Shown in pieces: positions 1 to 10,827 of a stretch of 64,000 nt of DNA (position 1 is its first letter; every line of letters begins with the position of its first letter). Origin of the DNA: an uncultured Arcobacter sp. (lineage in GTDB: Bacteria > Campylobacterota > Campylobacteria > Campylobacterales > Arcobacteraceae); contig OZ223300.1 of assembly GCA_965140705.1 (NCBI GenBank), positions 992,001 to 1,056,000 on the forward strand, read 5' to 3'. The translations under genes were made by a program, and so were the position numbers. Below the pieces are notes generated by a model. It worked only from the letters and a program-made list of their open reading frames with translations. It had not been told where the DNA came from and did no database searches.

Positions 1-1284
1 TTAGGTGGGGCTGGTAATGTTATTAGCAATCTATTAAGCCTTGGAGCTGATGTTGGTGTTTTATCTGTGGTTGGAGATGATAGCGTTGCTGAAGAGGTGA
101 AATATTTAATTGATGCAACAGATGCTAAAAGTTTTTTAATACTTCAAAAAGGAAGAAAAACTTCTAAAAAATCTAGAATTATGGCTTCAAAATCACAAGT
201 TGTAAGATATGACCATGAGAGTAAAAACAATATCTCTTTTGAATCAACTGATAAAGTATATGCAAAATTACAACAAATAGTTAATGGTTATGATTTAATT
301 TTATTATCAGATTATGGGAAAGGTGTTTTAACAAATGATTTAACACAAAGAATTATTAAAATAGCAAATTTAAATAATAAAAAAGTAATAGTAGATCCAA
401 AGGGTACAAACTATGCAAAATATGCTGGAGCATATTTTTTAACACCAAATAAAAAAGAAGCAGAAGTTGCAACTGGTATAAAAATTGATTCAAGTGATAG
501 TTTGAGAGATGCTTTAAAAGAGTTACAAAAAATAGCTAACTTAGAGATGTCTGTAATTACTTTAAGTGAAGATGGAATAGCTGTTTTAAAAGATAAAGAA
601 GTTACTGTTAAACCAACTGTTGCAAAAGAAGTATTTGATGTAACAGGTGCTGGTGATACTGTTTTAGCTTCTCTTGGTTATGCTTTATCTATGACTGATG
701 ATATTTATGCTGCTTTAGAGTTTGCAAATTTAGCAGCAGGAGTAGTTGTAGGAAAACTTGGAAGTGCGACAGTAACTCTTGATGAGATAGAAGAATATAA
801 AGCAACACTGCATAAAAGTTCTATAGATTTGCATATTAAAACAGTTAAAGAGATAAAAAAAGTAGCAAAAAGATTAAGAAAACAAAATAAAAAAATAATC
901 TTTACAAATGGTTGTTTTGATATTTTACATAAAGGACATGTGTCATATTTAAATAATGCAAAAGCTTTAGGTGATATATTAATAGTAGGTTTAAATTCAG
1001 ATGATAGTGTAAAAAGACTAAAAGGTGAAAATAGACCTATAAATAATCATGATGATAGAGCATATATTTTATCAGCTTTAGAGTGTGTTGATTATGTAGT
1101 AATTTTTGATGAAGATACACCATATGAATTGATACAAAGAGTAAAACCTGATGTTTTAGTAAAAGGTGCTGATTATGAGGGTAAAGAAGTAATTGGATCA
1201 GATATTGCAAAAGAGACAGTTTTAATTGATTTTGTAGAAGGCAAAAGTACAACTTCAACAATAGAAAAGATTTTAGGTAAATAA
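1..1284 (+). CDS. hldE: Bifunctional heptose-7-phosphate kinase / heptose-1-phosphate adenylyltransferase (5' end lies before the window)
   Basis: Frame open from base 1 (LGGAGNV). PfkB motif DVTGAGD, LSDYGKG, C-terminal [13 protein letters not shown] nucleotidyltransferase domain; next to gmhA. Confidence 0.95.
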   Translation, partial: LGGAGNVISNLLSLGADVGVLSVVGDDSVAEEVKYLIDATDAKSFLILQKGRKTSKKSRIMASKSQVVRYDHESKNNISFESTDKVYAKLQQIVNGYDLILLSDYGKGVLTNDLTQRIIKIANLNNKKVIVDPKGTNYAKYAGAYFLTPNKKEAEVATGIKIDSSDSLRDALKELQKIANLEMSVITLSEDGIAVLKDKEVTVKPTVAKEVFDVTGAGDTVLASLGYALSMTDDIYAALEFANLAAGVVVGKLGSATVTLDEIEEYKATLHKSSIDLHIKTVKEIKKVAKRLRKQNKKIIFTNGCFDILHKGHVSYLNNAKALGDILIVGLNSDDSVKRLKGENRPINNHDDRAYILSALECVDYVVIFDEDTPYELIQRVKPDVLVKGADYEGKEVIGSDIAKETVLIDFVEGKSTTSTIEKILGK

Positions 1285-1285
1285 T

Positions 1286-1858
1286 ATGAAAAAAACAATA
1301 GAAAAAGAGTTTCAAGCACATTTAGAAACAATTCAAAAAGTAATCGAAACTATGAGTGAACCTTTAGAAAAAGCTTCAAAATTAGCAGTTGATACATTAA
1401 AAGCTGGAAATAAAATATTAATTTTTGGAAATGGTGGAAGTGCTGCTGATGCACAGCATATTGCAGCTGAACTAACAGGAAGATATAAAACTGAAAGAAG
1501 AGGTTTACCAGGTATTGCTCTTACAACAGATACAAGTGCATTAACAGCCATTGGAAATGATTATGGTTATGATAGAGTTTTTGATAGACAAGTTGAGAGT
1601 TTAGCAAATGAGGGTGATTTACTTATTGGTATTTCAACTTCTGGTAATTCAAAAAATGTAATAAATGCTTTTGAAGTAGGAAAAGATTTGGGTTGTAAAA
1701 TCATAGGACTAACAGGTCGTGATGGTGGAGAAATGGATTCTTATTGTGATGTTAACTTAATAGTACCATCAAATGATACACCAAGAATACAAGAGATGCA
1801 TATACTATTTGGACATACAATTTGTCAATTGATTGATGATGCATACGAAGGGAAGTAG
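1286..1858 (+). CDS. gmhA: D-sedoheptulose-7-phosphate isomerase
   Basis: [25 protein letters not shown] motifs. Confidence 0.96.
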   Translation: MKKTIEKEFQAHLETIQKVIETMSEPLEKASKLAVDTLKAGNKILIFGNGGSAADAQHIAAELTGRYKTERRGLPGIALTTDTSALTAIGNDYGYDRVFDRQVESLANEGDLLIGISTSGNSKNVINAFEVGKDLGCKIIGLTGRDGGEMDSYCDVNLIVPSNDTPRIQEMHILFGHTICQLIDDAYEGK

Positions 1859-2401
1859 ATGAGTTTAACGCAAGAGCAAAAAGATTTAATTTTTAATTCA
1901 ATAAGAGATATAAAAGATTTCCCCAAAGAGGGAATAATATTTAAAGATATTACGACTTTATTAAACAATAAAGAGGCTTTTAAAGCTTTGATGGATCACT
2001 TTGAAGAGAGATATAAATCTTATAATTTAGATTATATTGCTGGTATTGATTCAAGAGGTTTTATATTTGGAGCTGCACTTGCTGATAGACTTGGTATTGG
2101 ATTTGTTCCTGTTAGAAAAAAAGGAAAATTACCAAGTACTACTGTTTGTGAAAAATATGAATTGGAGTATGGCTTTGATGAGGTAGAAATCCATCTTGAT
2201 GCTTTCCCTATAAAAGATGCAAGAGTTTTATTAATTGATGATTTAATCGCAACAGGAGGTACTGCTAATGCTGCTGCAAAACTTATTAAACATGTTAATG
2301 CACAATTAGTGGAAGTATGTTTTTTACTAAATCTTAAATTTTTATCTGGGGATAAAAAAGTAGCTGAACATGCCCCTGTTTATTCAGTATTGGAGATATG
2401 A
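1859..2401 (+). CDS. apt: Adenine phosphoribosyltransferase
   Basis: [31 protein letters not shown]. Confidence 0.96.
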   Translation: MSLTQEQKDLIFNSIRDIKDFPKEGIIFKDITTLLNNKEAFKALMDHFEERYKSYNLDYIAGIDSRGFIFGAALADRLGIGFVPVRKKGKLPSTTVCEKYELEYGFDEVEIHLDAFPIKDARVLLIDDLIATGGTANAAAKLIKHVNAQLVEVCFLLNLKFLSGDKKVAEHAPVYSVLEI

Positions 2402-3612
2402 TGCAAGAAATATATATACCTAAAAAAAGTAAATTTGATCCAGATGAAAATGGTCATTTTGGTGAATTTGGTGGAAGATATGTTCCTGAAACATTGATGC
2501 CAATTCTACTTGAACTTGAAGCTGAGTATAAGAAATATAGATTTGATAAAGAGTTTTGGGAAGAAGTAAATGAGCTTTTAAGAGAGTATGTAGGAAGAGA
2601 AAATCCTTTATATCATGCTAAAAATATCTCTGAAGAAGTTGGGGCAAAAGTTTATTTAAAAAGAGAAGATTTAAATCATACGGGTGCCCATAAGATAAAT
2701 AATGTAATTGCACAAGGCTTATTGGCTAAAAAACTTGGAAAAACAAAAGTTATAGCTGAAACTGGTGCTGGGCAACATGGAGTTGCAAGTGCAACTATTG
2801 CTGCACTTTTAGGTTTAGAGTGTACAGTATTTATGGGTGCAAAAGATGTTGAAAGACAAGAACTTAATGTATTTAGAATGAAACTTTTAGGTGCAAAAGT
2901 TGTAGCAGTTGAATCTGGAAGTAAAACTTTAAAAGATGCAATGAATGATGCAATTAGATATTGGGTTACAAATGCAAGAGATACTTTTTATATAATTGGA
3001 ACTGTTGCTGGTCCTCATCCTTATCCTATGATGGTAAGAGATTTTCAAGCCATTATTGGTTGGGAAGCAAGACGTCAAGCTTTACAAAAAGATGGAAAAT
3101 TACCAGATTACGTATTAGCTTGTATTGGTGGAGGATCAAATGCCATTGGCATCTTTTCACACTTTTTAGAAGATGAAGAAGTAACATGTATAGGAATAGA
3201 AGCAGGAGGACTTGGAACAAATACAGATAAGCATGGTTGTTCTTTAGATAAAGGAAGTCCTGGAATATTACATGGACAATGTTCTTACTTACTTCAAGAT
3301 GAAGATGGACAAGTTTTAGAAGCACACTCATTTTCAGCAGGTCTTGATTACCCAGGAATTGGACCAGAACACTCTTTTCATAAAGAAAATAAAACTGTGC
3401 AATATGATTCTATTACAGATGAAGAAGCACTTGATGCTTTTGTATGGCTAAGTAGAAAAGAGGGAATTATTCCTGCTTTTGAAAGTGCACATGCTGTAGC
3501 ATATTTGAAAAAAGCAAAAGAAAAATTTCAAGGGAAAACAGTAATTGTGAATTTATCAGGTCGAGGTGACAAAGATATGGTTCAAGCAAAAGATTTATTA
3601 AATTTTGAATAG
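2398..3612 (+). CDS. trpB: Tryptophan synthase beta chain
   Basis: [15 protein letters not shown] (PLP lysine), [18 protein letters not shown]. Confidence 0.97.
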   Translation: MMQEIYIPKKSKFDPDENGHFGEFGGRYVPETLMPILLELEAEYKKYRFDKEFWEEVNELLREYVGRENPLYHAKNISEEVGAKVYLKREDLNHTGAHKINNVIAQGLLAKKLGKTKVIAETGAGQHGVASATIAALLGLECTVFMGAKDVERQELNVFRMKLLGAKVVAVESGSKTLKDAMNDAIRYWVTNARDTFYIIGTVAGPHPYPMMVRDFQAIIGWEARRQALQKDGKLPDYVLACIGGGSNAIGIFSHFLEDEEVTCIGIEAGGLGTNTDKHGCSLDKGSPGILHGQCSYLLQDEDGQVLEAHSFSAGLDYPGIGPEHSFHKENKTVQYDSITDEEALDAFVWLSRKEGIIPAFESAHAVAYLKKAKEKFQGKTVIVNLSGRGDKDMVQAKDLLNFE

Positions 3613-3620
3613 GAACATTT

Positions 3621-4316
3621 TTGAGAGATAGACTAAAAAACAATTCAGGTAAAATACTTTTTTTAGTAGTAGTAATATTTTTCTCTTTTATTGCTTACGA
3701 ATTGTATAAGGCACCCGTTAGTGGATTAGAAGACAAGTTTTTATATTTATTAAAAATGTATGGATATATTATCCTTTTTGCTTGGTCTATTTTAGAAGGT
3801 GAATTAGGATTAATTATGGCAGGGCTTATGGCTCATGATGGTTCTATGCATCTTTATTTAGCTATTTTTGTAGCTGGACTTGGTGGTTTTGTTGGTGATC
3901 AGATCTATTTTTATATTGGTAGATTTAATAAAGCCTATGTACATAAAAAGTTTTCAGGTCAAAGAAGAAAATTTGCCCTAGCACATCTTTTATTACAAAA
4001 GTATGGATGGCCAATAATTTTTGCACAAAGATATATGTATGGAATGAGAACTATTATTCCTGTATCTATTGGACTTACTAGATATAGTGCAAAAATGTTT
4101 GCATTTATAAATATACTTAGTGCTTGGTGTTGGGCATCTATTACTATACTTCCTGTGTGGTATTTTGGAAAAGAGATTTTAATTGTGATAAAGTTTGCGA
4201 AAGAACATTGGTATTTTGCAGCACCATTTGCAATTTTAATAGGTGGTGGAATAATTTATTATTTTAACCAAGCATCAAAAAGAAAGGAAAAAGCTAATGA
4301 AAATAACCCTAAGTAA
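3621..4316 (+). CDS. DedA family membrane protein
   Basis: Hydrophobic; GDQIYFYIGR and RYMYGMRT DedA-type motifs. Confidence 0.85.
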   Translation: MRDRLKNNSGKILFLVVVIFFSFIAYELYKAPVSGLEDKFLYLLKMYGYIILFAWSILEGELGLIMAGLMAHDGSMHLYLAIFVAGLGGFVGDQIYFYIGRFNKAYVHKKFSGQRRKFALAHLLLQKYGWPIIFAQRYMYGMRTIIPVSIGLTRYSAKMFAFINILSAWCWASITILPVWYFGKEILIVIKFAKEHWYFAAPFAILIGGGIIYYFNQASKRKEKANENNPK

Positions 4317-5715
4317 TGATAGCATAAAAAAATTAGATACATCAGTTGAGATAAGTATTGTTTTAAATTTAGATGATGTAAATAAATATGATAAAGAGAT
4401 TTTAGATGATTTAAACTTCAAAGCAAAAGATGAAGAAGTTGTATTTTTGGTTGAATCAAAAAAAATATATGTAGGATGTGAAGAAGAGTCTTATGATGCA
4501 ATTGCAATTGCAATATCAGCAGCCATGAAGAAGTTTAATTCAACAAAATACAAAGATGCAAAAATAGAGATTTTTGGTGAAGAAAAAGATACTTTAAAAG
4601 CTTTAGTTGAAGGTGCTATTTTAGGGTCTTATACTTTTGAAAAATATAAAAGTAAAAAAGAAAAAGAGCTAAAAAAAGAGTTAATTATTTGTTGTAAAGT
4701 TTCTAAAGAGTTAGAAGAAATCTTAGAACAATCAACTCATATTGCAAACTCTGTTAATAAAGTTAGAAATTTCGTAAATACAACTCCACAAGATTTTTAT
4801 CCAGAAGTTATGGCAAAAGAGGCAAAAAAAGTTGCAAAAGAAAATGACATAATTTGTAAAATTCAAGGTGAAGAGTTCTTAGAAAAAAATGGAATGAATG
4901 CAATGTTAAGTGTTGCAAGAGCAAGTGTTCATGAACCAAAACTTATTCATATGGCATATAAACCAAAAGACCCAGTTAGAAAAGTGGTACTTGTAGGTAA
5001 AGGTTTAACTTATGATTCAGGAGGTTTGTCTTTAAAACCTGCTGATTTTATGGTTACTATGAAATCAGATAAAAGTGGTGGTTGTGCAGTTATTGGTATT
5101 TTAAATGCAGTTGCAAAATTAAACTTACCAATTGAAGTTCATGGAATCATTGGCGCTGTTGAAAATATGATTGGTGGAGATGCTTATAAGCCTGATGATG
5201 TTCTAACTGCAAAAAATGGAAAAACAATTGAAGTTCGAAATACAGATGCTGAAGGTAGACTTGTACTTGCTGATTGTTTATGTTATGCCCAAGACAAAAT
5301 CAAAGATTTTGATTATATCTTTGATTATGCAACACTAACTGGTGCTTGTGTTGTAGGTGTTGGTGAATATACAACAGGAATCATGGGTAATAATACAACT
5401 TTAAAAAGAGATGCTGTTTGTAATGCTTTAAATGCAGGAGAATATGCTACAACTTTACCATTTAATAGATTCTTGAGAAAAACTATTAAATCTGAGATTG
5501 CGGATATTTGTAATATTGCAAATACAAGATATGGTGGGGCAATTACAGCTGGATTATTTTTAGATAACTTTATATATGATGAAAATAAAGATAAATGGTT
5601 ACACTTTGATATAGCAGGACCTGCATTTGTAGAAAAAGCTTGGGGATATAATCCTCATGGTGCAAGTGGAGCAGGGGTTAGAATGACAGTTGAATTCTTG
5701 AAGAATTTATTGTAA
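4297..5715 (+). CDS. pepA: Leucyl aminopeptidase (M17)
   Basis: GKGLTYDSGG, NTDAEGRL, ATLTGA. Confidence 0.95.
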   Translation: MKITLSNDSIKKLDTSVEISIVLNLDDVNKYDKEILDDLNFKAKDEEVVFLVESKKIYVGCEEESYDAIAIAISAAMKKFNSTKYKDAKIEIFGEEKDTLKALVEGAILGSYTFEKYKSKKEKELKKELIICCKVSKELEEILEQSTHIANSVNKVRNFVNTTPQDFYPEVMAKEAKKVAKENDIICKIQGEEFLEKNGMNAMLSVARASVHEPKLIHMAYKPKDPVRKVVLVGKGLTYDSGGLSLKPADFMVTMKSDKSGGCAVIGILNAVAKLNLPIEVHGIIGAVENMIGGDAYKPDDVLTAKNGKTIEVRNTDAEGRLVLADCLCYAQDKIKDFDYIFDYATLTGACVVGVGEYTTGIMGNNTTLKRDAVCNALNAGEYATTLPFNRFLRKTIKSEIADICNIANTRYGGAITAGLFLDNFIYDENKDKWLHFDIAGPAFVEKAWGYNPHGASGAGVRMTVEFLKNLL

Positions 5716-5747
5716 AAATTAAAAAAGGATAGGGGGATTATAGAAGG

Positions 5748-6716
5748 ATGATTGAAAAAAAAGGTTCAATATTGTCAGTAAGAGAAGACATAAAAGTATT
5801 TGATTGTACGATTAGAGATGGTGGATTGGTAAATAACTATCACTTTACAGATGAGTTTGTAAAAGCTCATTATGAAACTTGTGTTGCTGCTGGTGTTGAT
5901 TATATGGAAATAGGAAAAAATAATTCCCCTTCTATTATGAGTGAAGATGAATTTGGAGCATGGAATTTCTGTAAAGAAGAAGACATTAGAAGAATAGTTG
6001 GTGAAAATAATACAGACATGAAAATAGCAGTTATGTCAGATATTGGTAGAACTGTGCCTTCTGAACTACTTCCAAAAAGTGAAAGTGTTGTTGATATGAT
6101 TAGAATAGCAACATATATTCATCAACTTCCAGCAGCCATTGAGCTAATAGAAGAAGCCCATGCAAAAGGTTATGAAACAACTGTAAATATTATGGCTATA
6201 TCTAAATCTTTTGATGATGAGTTAAATGAAGTATTAGAACAACTAAGTAAAACAAATGTGGATATTATTTATATCGCTGATAGTTTTGGTTCTTTTTACC
6301 CTGAACAAATTAATAAACTTACAGAAAAATATCTTTCTTATGCAGAAAAAACTGGTAAAAAGATTGGTATTCATGCACATAATAATTTACAACTAGCATA
6401 TGCAAATACAATTGAAGCTATGATGTATGGAGCAAGTTTCCTTGATGTTACTATTTCAGGTCTTGGACGAGGAGCTGGAAATTGTCCACTTGAACTATTA
6501 ATTGGTTTTCTTAAAAATCCAAAATATAAACTAATGCCAGTACTTAAATTTATTGAAGAGTATATTGTACCTTTAGAAAAAGAACTTGATTGGGGATATA
6601 GTATTCCATATATGTTAACTGGTCAGTTAAATGAACATCCAAGAGCTGCTATGAAAGCAAGAGATGAGGGTGATACGAAGTATAGAGAGTTTTATAGAAA
6701 CTTACTAGCTGAATAA
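5748..6716 (+). CDS. DRE-TIM metallolyase (HMGL-like / 4-hydroxy-2-oxovalerate aldolase-like catalytic domain), substrate unknown
   Basis: DCTIRDGG, ADSFG, GIHAHNN, GLGRGAGN. Confidence 0.8.
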   Translation: MIEKKGSILSVREDIKVFDCTIRDGGLVNNYHFTDEFVKAHYETCVAAGVDYMEIGKNNSPSIMSEDEFGAWNFCKEEDIRRIVGENNTDMKIAVMSDIGRTVPSELLPKSESVVDMIRIATYIHQLPAAIELIEEAHAKGYETTVNIMAISKSFDDELNEVLEQLSKTNVDIIYIADSFGSFYPEQINKLTEKYLSYAEKTGKKIGIHAHNNLQLAYANTIEAMMYGASFLDVTISGLGRGAGNCPLELLIGFLKNPKYKLMPVLKFIEEYIVPLEKELDWGYSIPYMLTGQLNEHPRAAMKARDEGDTKYREFYRNLLAE

Positions 6717-6721
6717 AAGCA

Positions 6722-6746
6722 AAATGAAGAGTTAAACTCTTCATTT
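6722..6746. terminator. Bidirectional intrinsic terminator-like hairpin
   Basis: AAATGAAGAGT-taa-ACTCTTCATTT between convergent genes. Confidence 0.7.
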
Positions 6747-6747
6747 G

Positions 6748-7170
6748 TTATACTGCTTTTATTGCTTTTCTTTGATTTATTTCGTTTTGATAAATCAAAA
6801 TTCCTGCTAAAATAAATACTACATTTTTTACAATATATTGTCCTACAAGTGTAAAGGCATATGGTGCATGGGTAAATGAGATATCTGGTAAGATAAATAG
6901 TGGTGTAAAAGTACAAATCATATGTGCTAGAAATAAAACAACCACATATCTTGTATATATACCAAAAATAAATCCTATACCAACAGTAACTTCCCAAATA
7001 GCTAATAATTTGATTGATAAGGTGTCATTTATCAATCCAAAAAACAGTTTGTGAATAGTCGTAATTGCTAAGTCTTCTGCTGGACTTAATTGAGGGAAGA
7101 ATTTTAACATCCCATACCATAAAAATATAATACCAAGTGAAACTCTTATGAGCTTTATTGTTTTTTCCAT
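6748..7170 (-). CDS. DoxX-family membrane protein
   Basis: RVSLGIIFLWYGMLKFF...GQYIVKN; AAGGA RBS favours the ATG at 7170. Confidence 0.75.
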   Translation of the reverse strand: MEKTIKLIRVSLGIIFLWYGMLKFFPQLSPAEDLAITTIHKLFFGLINDTLSIKLLAIWEVTVGIGFIFGIYTRYVVVLFLAHMICTFTPLFILPDISFTHAPYAFTLVGQYIVKNVVFILAGILIYQNEINQRKAIKAV

Positions 7171-7222
7171 TGTCATTCCTTATAAAAAAATGGATTATAA
7201 AACAAATAAACTTTAGTATTAA

Positions 7223-8422
7223 TTAATATTCATTATCATTATTGTTTATTTTATTAAATAGCACTAAATTGTAATCATTATAATTAATTTCTTTACCATT
7301 TTTAATATAAACTCTTGGAACTCGTTTATCAACCATACAGACAATTTCATAATTTATTGTATTTAATAAATTTGAAATATCATCTATTGCTATTCCATTT
7401 GGATTGTTCCCTCCAAATAAAATAACTTCATCTCCCATATTTACATCAAGACCTGTCACATCTATAATGCACTGATCCATACAAATAGAGCCTATAACTG
7501 GAACTTTTGTATTATGTACTAATACTTTAGCTTTACCAGATAACATTCTAGTATAACCATCTGCATAACCTATAGGTAGGGTTGCAACTTTTGATTTTTT
7601 TTCACATTTGTATGTTAAACCATAACTAACTCCACAGTTCGCTTCTAATTCTTTTACTTGTGAAATATTTGCTTTTAGGCACATGACCTCTTTTAAATTG
7701 ATTAGATTATGATTTACATTTTTTGAAGGGTATAACCCATATAACATAATACCAGCTCGAACCATGTCAAAATTGAACTCAGGTAAATCAATAATAGCAG
7801 CACTATTTGATACATGTTTTATTGGAATATTTAAGCCTTTTTCTTCTAAAGAATTTACTATAAAGGTGAATTTTTCTACTTGTTGTTTGGTATACTTTTT
7901 ATCAATATCATCTGCAATTGCAAAGTGAGTAAATATACCTTCAATAAATAAGCCTTCAAGTTTACTAATATCTAATATTGTATCTATTGTCTTTTGAGAA
8001 AAGGGCATACCTAGTCGGTGCATTCCCGTATCCAATTTTATATGTGCAACAAGATTTTTATTTAATGAAATAGCTACTTTTGAGAATTCTTTTGCTTGTT
8101 TTAGGGTATAAATAGTTTGAATAATATTGTTTTGAATAATATCTTTAGCTAAGTGCTCAGGAGTATAGCCCAAAACCAAGATTTCAACATCACTAAAAGA
8201 GTTTCTTAATAATAGTGCTTCAGATAGGGTAGCTACGGCAAATCTATCTGCCCCATTTTCAAGGAGTGTCTTTGCTATTGCAACTGCGCCATGTCCATAG
8301 CCATCAGCTTTAATTACAGCAGTGATTTTAGAATCTTTATTTGTTATTCGTCTGGTTTCTCTCATATTATGAGCTAAATTATCTAAATTAATCTCTGCCC
8401 AAACTGCTCTTGAAAAGTCCAC
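7223..8422 (-). CDS. alr: Alanine racemase
   Basis: VIKADGYGHG (PLP lysine), HIKLDTGMHRLG, PIGYADG, CMDQ, TINYE. Confidence 0.95.
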   Translation of the reverse strand: MDFSRAVWAEINLDNLAHNMRETRRITNKDSKITAVIKADGYGHGAVAIAKTLLENGADRFAVATLSEALLLRNSFSDVEILVLGYTPEHLAKDIIQNNIIQTIYTLKQAKEFSKVAISLNKNLVAHIKLDTGMHRLGMPFSQKTIDTILDISKLEGLFIEGIFTHFAIADDIDKKYTKQQVEKFTFIVNSLEEKGLNIPIKHVSNSAAIIDLPEFNFDMVRAGIMLYGLYPSKNVNHNLINLKEVMCLKANISQVKELEANCGVSYGLTYKCEKKSKVATLPIGYADGYTRMLSGKAKVLVHNTKVPVIGSICMDQCIIDVTGLDVNMGDEVILFGGNNPNGIAIDDISNLLNTINYEIVCMVDKRVPRVYIKNGKEINYNDYNLVLFNKINNNDNEY

Positions 8423-8569
8423 TTATATATCTCCTTTTAATATTTATGATTATAGTCTTTTATTCTTATGAAGATAATAAGGGATTACTTTAATATTCAT
8501 TAATTTTTAATTTATTAAAATATAAGAAGAAAGAGATTAAAGTTTAACTCTAATTATTAAAGGAAACTT

Positions 8570-9118
8570 ATGGGAACTATCACTGATAAACTTAGTGAAA
8601 TTGATATTGATTTTATTAAAAAACAAAAGATGTTTTTTGTCTCTACTGCTCCCAAAGATGGAAAAATAAATCTTTCACCTAAAGGTTTAGATGATACTTT
8701 TAAAATAATAAATGAAAATAAAATATTATGGCTAAACTATTTTGGAAGTGGTAATGAAACAGCTGCTCATTTATTAGAAGATAATAGAATGACTATTATG
8801 TTTTGTGCTTTTGAGGGTGAACCAAATATTCTAAGACTTTATTGTAAAGCAAAAGTAATACATAAAAGAGATACTTTATGGGAAGAGTATATCTCTCACT
8901 TCTCTACGAAAAGAGCAGCAAGACAGGTTTTTGATGTGACTATAGAAAATGTAAATAACTCATGTGGTATGGGTGTTCCTTTATATGACTTTATAACTCA
9001 AAGGGAAGATTTACCAGTTTTATATAATAAAATGAGTGAAGAGGAACATATTGCTTATATGAAAAAGAAAAATGTGCTTAGTTTTGATGGGAAGGAAACT
9101 AAGCTTTTTGAGGATTGA
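8570..9118 (+). CDS. Pyridoxamine 5'-phosphate oxidase-like FMN-binding protein
   Basis: FFVSTAP..GKINLSPKG, GSGNETAAHL, SCGMGVP. Confidence 0.85.
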   Translation: MGTITDKLSEIDIDFIKKQKMFFVSTAPKDGKINLSPKGLDDTFKIINENKILWLNYFGSGNETAAHLLEDNRMTIMFCAFEGEPNILRLYCKAKVIHKRDTLWEEYISHFSTKRAARQVFDVTIENVNNSCGMGVPLYDFITQREDLPVLYNKMSEEEHIAYMKKKNVLSFDGKETKLFED

Positions 9119-9132
9119 GTTTTAATGTAATT

Positions 9133-9155
9133 AAGAAGACCTAGTAGGTCTTCTT
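9133..9155. terminator. Bidirectional terminator-like hairpin
   Basis: AAGAAGACCT-agt-AGGTCTTCTT between convergent genes. Confidence 0.7.
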
Positions 9156-9674
9156 TTAATGGTTTAGCTCTTTATTTAATGACTCGGCATATTTATTTAT
9201 ATAACCTTCAAGTTTATCTTTTTCAAGAAGTTGACCACTTGAAGCTGTAATTTGAGCAATTGTTCTTGAATCATTTGATAAATAAAGTACAATGAATAAT
9301 TCAGTTCCAAAACTAAAAGCAGATGTTGGTGTTTTACCTGTCATAAAATATTTAGGTTCAAATTTAGAATTAAGAGATTTCTCCCAAGCAATTTTATCAA
9401 AATCTGAAGTAGATAAAAAACCACCTCTATTACTAAAGAAAGCATAATTTTTTTTAGGCTTTTCTTTCCCTTCATATAATAGTTCCCATCCTTGATTTTT
9501 AAAAGCATTTTTTGATGCAGTAATTACTTCTTCTAATCCTGTATTAAATGCTAATTTATTTTGGATAGCAAAATCTTTAGAACTCACAATTTTAGGTTCT
9601 AAGTAACCACAACCTGTTAATAAAAATGTTATTGCAATAAACATAACAGTTTTAAAAATAATATTTTTTTTCAT
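9156..9674 (-). CDS. Hypothetical lipoprotein
   Basis: AGGAGA RBS before the ATG at 9674 (MKKNII...); lipobox LLTG-C. Confidence 0.7.
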   Translation of the reverse strand: MKKNIIFKTVMFIAITFLLTGCGYLEPKIVSSKDFAIQNKLAFNTGLEEVITASKNAFKNQGWELLYEGKEKPKKNYAFFSNRGGFLSTSDFDKIAWEKSLNSKFEPKYFMTGKTPTSAFSFGTELFIVLYLSNDSRTIAQITASSGQLLEKDKLEGYINKYAESLNKELNH

Positions 9675-9775
9675 ATATTCTCCTTGATTTAATTTTAATA
9701 AAAATAACCTAAATATAGCTTTATAATTACAAATATAATTCACTAAATTATATAAAATAATATTTTAAGATATTT

Positions 9776-10286
9776 TCATGAACACCTAAATGTCTTCGTT
9801 CTTCTTACTTTTTGATCTCGAAAAAGTAAGCAAAAAAGACTGCCGAATTGATGAAGGCAAGCTACCTTCCAGTTATATATTTATTTCCTGCCCTGCAAAA
9901 CTCACTAAAATGACCATTTAGGTCATTTCTTAACGTTCAAACAGTTTCGGGCTTTACCGAAAATAAATATATAACTTCCAGCTTCATCAAAGGCAGAAAG
10001 AGAAGACGATGGTTTTAACTGCTAGTTTATAAAGTAATATATAGACACCAAAGAATATTGCTACATCCACAGAAGCCGAACGTTTATTTTTCTCTTTTCT
10101 AAATAAGATTGGTAACTGTCTAAGTGTTTAAAAGTTCCTAAATGGAAGTTTTAATAAACGAGTTTTACAAGTCAGAAAAGATAAATAATAAATGAGGGAA
10201 GCTTTGCCTCCGAAGCCGTAGTTGCTTTTGCTTACTTTTCGTCAATACAAAAGTAAGAAAGCGAAGAGGTTTACCTCTTCAAGAGA
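9776..10286. repeat. Structured dyad repeat element, copy A (two inverted units of about 225 bp around a spacer)
   Basis: Both ends match the reverse complement of the ends of 39701-40266; multiple internal stems; no ORF. Confidence 0.85.
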
Positions 10287-10353
10287 AATTATAAAAAATT
10301 CAGTAACTAGTTATAATATTAAGCTATAATCAAAAGAAATAAAGGAAAACACT

Positions 10354-10827
10354 ATGTCAGGAAAAATATCGAATCTTCTTATTTCAAAAAGTATTGAAAG
10401 CCCTATGCAAAATGTAAATCAAGTAGTATTAGAAGTTGGTAAAGGAATCTTTGGAGATAGATATTATAACCAAGAAGGGACATTTTCTAATAAAGGAACA
10501 GTAGAACCAGATAGAGATGTTACACTAATAGAAATAGAAAATATAAATGCACTAAATGAAGAACATAATCTTTCATTTACACCTGAAGACTTTAGACGAA
10601 ATATTGCAGTTACAAATTGTGATTTAAACTCACTAGTTGGAAAAGAGTTTCAAATAGGAGAAGTAGTATTAAAAGGTATTAGACTATGTGAACCTTGTAA
10701 ATATATAGCTGAAAAACTAGATGAAAAAAAAGCACTAACTCAAATGGTACATAAAGCAGGATTAAGAGCACAAATTATCAAAGGTGGAAGTATAGATTTA
10801 AATTGTCAGATTGAAGTTCCAGCCTAA
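10354..10827 (+). CDS. MOSC domain protein
   Basis: GIFGDRY, FRRNI, CEPC, GLRAQIIKGG. Confidence 0.88.
   Translation: MSGKISNLLISKSIESPMQNVNQVVLEVGKGIFGDRYYNQEGTFSNKGTVEPDRDVTLIEIENINALNEEHNLSFTPEDFRRNIAVTNCDLNSLVGKEFQIGEVVLKGIRLCEPCKYIAEKLDEKKALTQMVHKAGLRAQIIKGGSIDLNCQIEVPA

Noticed and set aside
2398..3612. trpB outside a trp operon
   Set aside because: Dispersed biosynthetic genes are ordinary in this lineage.
9121..9674. Lipoprotein gene as an integron cassette
   Set aside because: It is followed by a perfect terminator-like hairpin, not an AAC...GTT attC.
9840..9996. Dyad units as hammerhead ribozymes or group II intron domain V
   Set aside because: TTGATGA is paired in a stem and absent from two of the four units; no CUGAUGA/GAAA core geometry or domain V hairpin could be built.
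9776..10286. Dyad element as a CRISPR array or simple terminators
   Set aside because: No direct repeat-spacer periodicity or cas genes; too long and too conserved in loops for terminators, and copy A lies between divergent genes.
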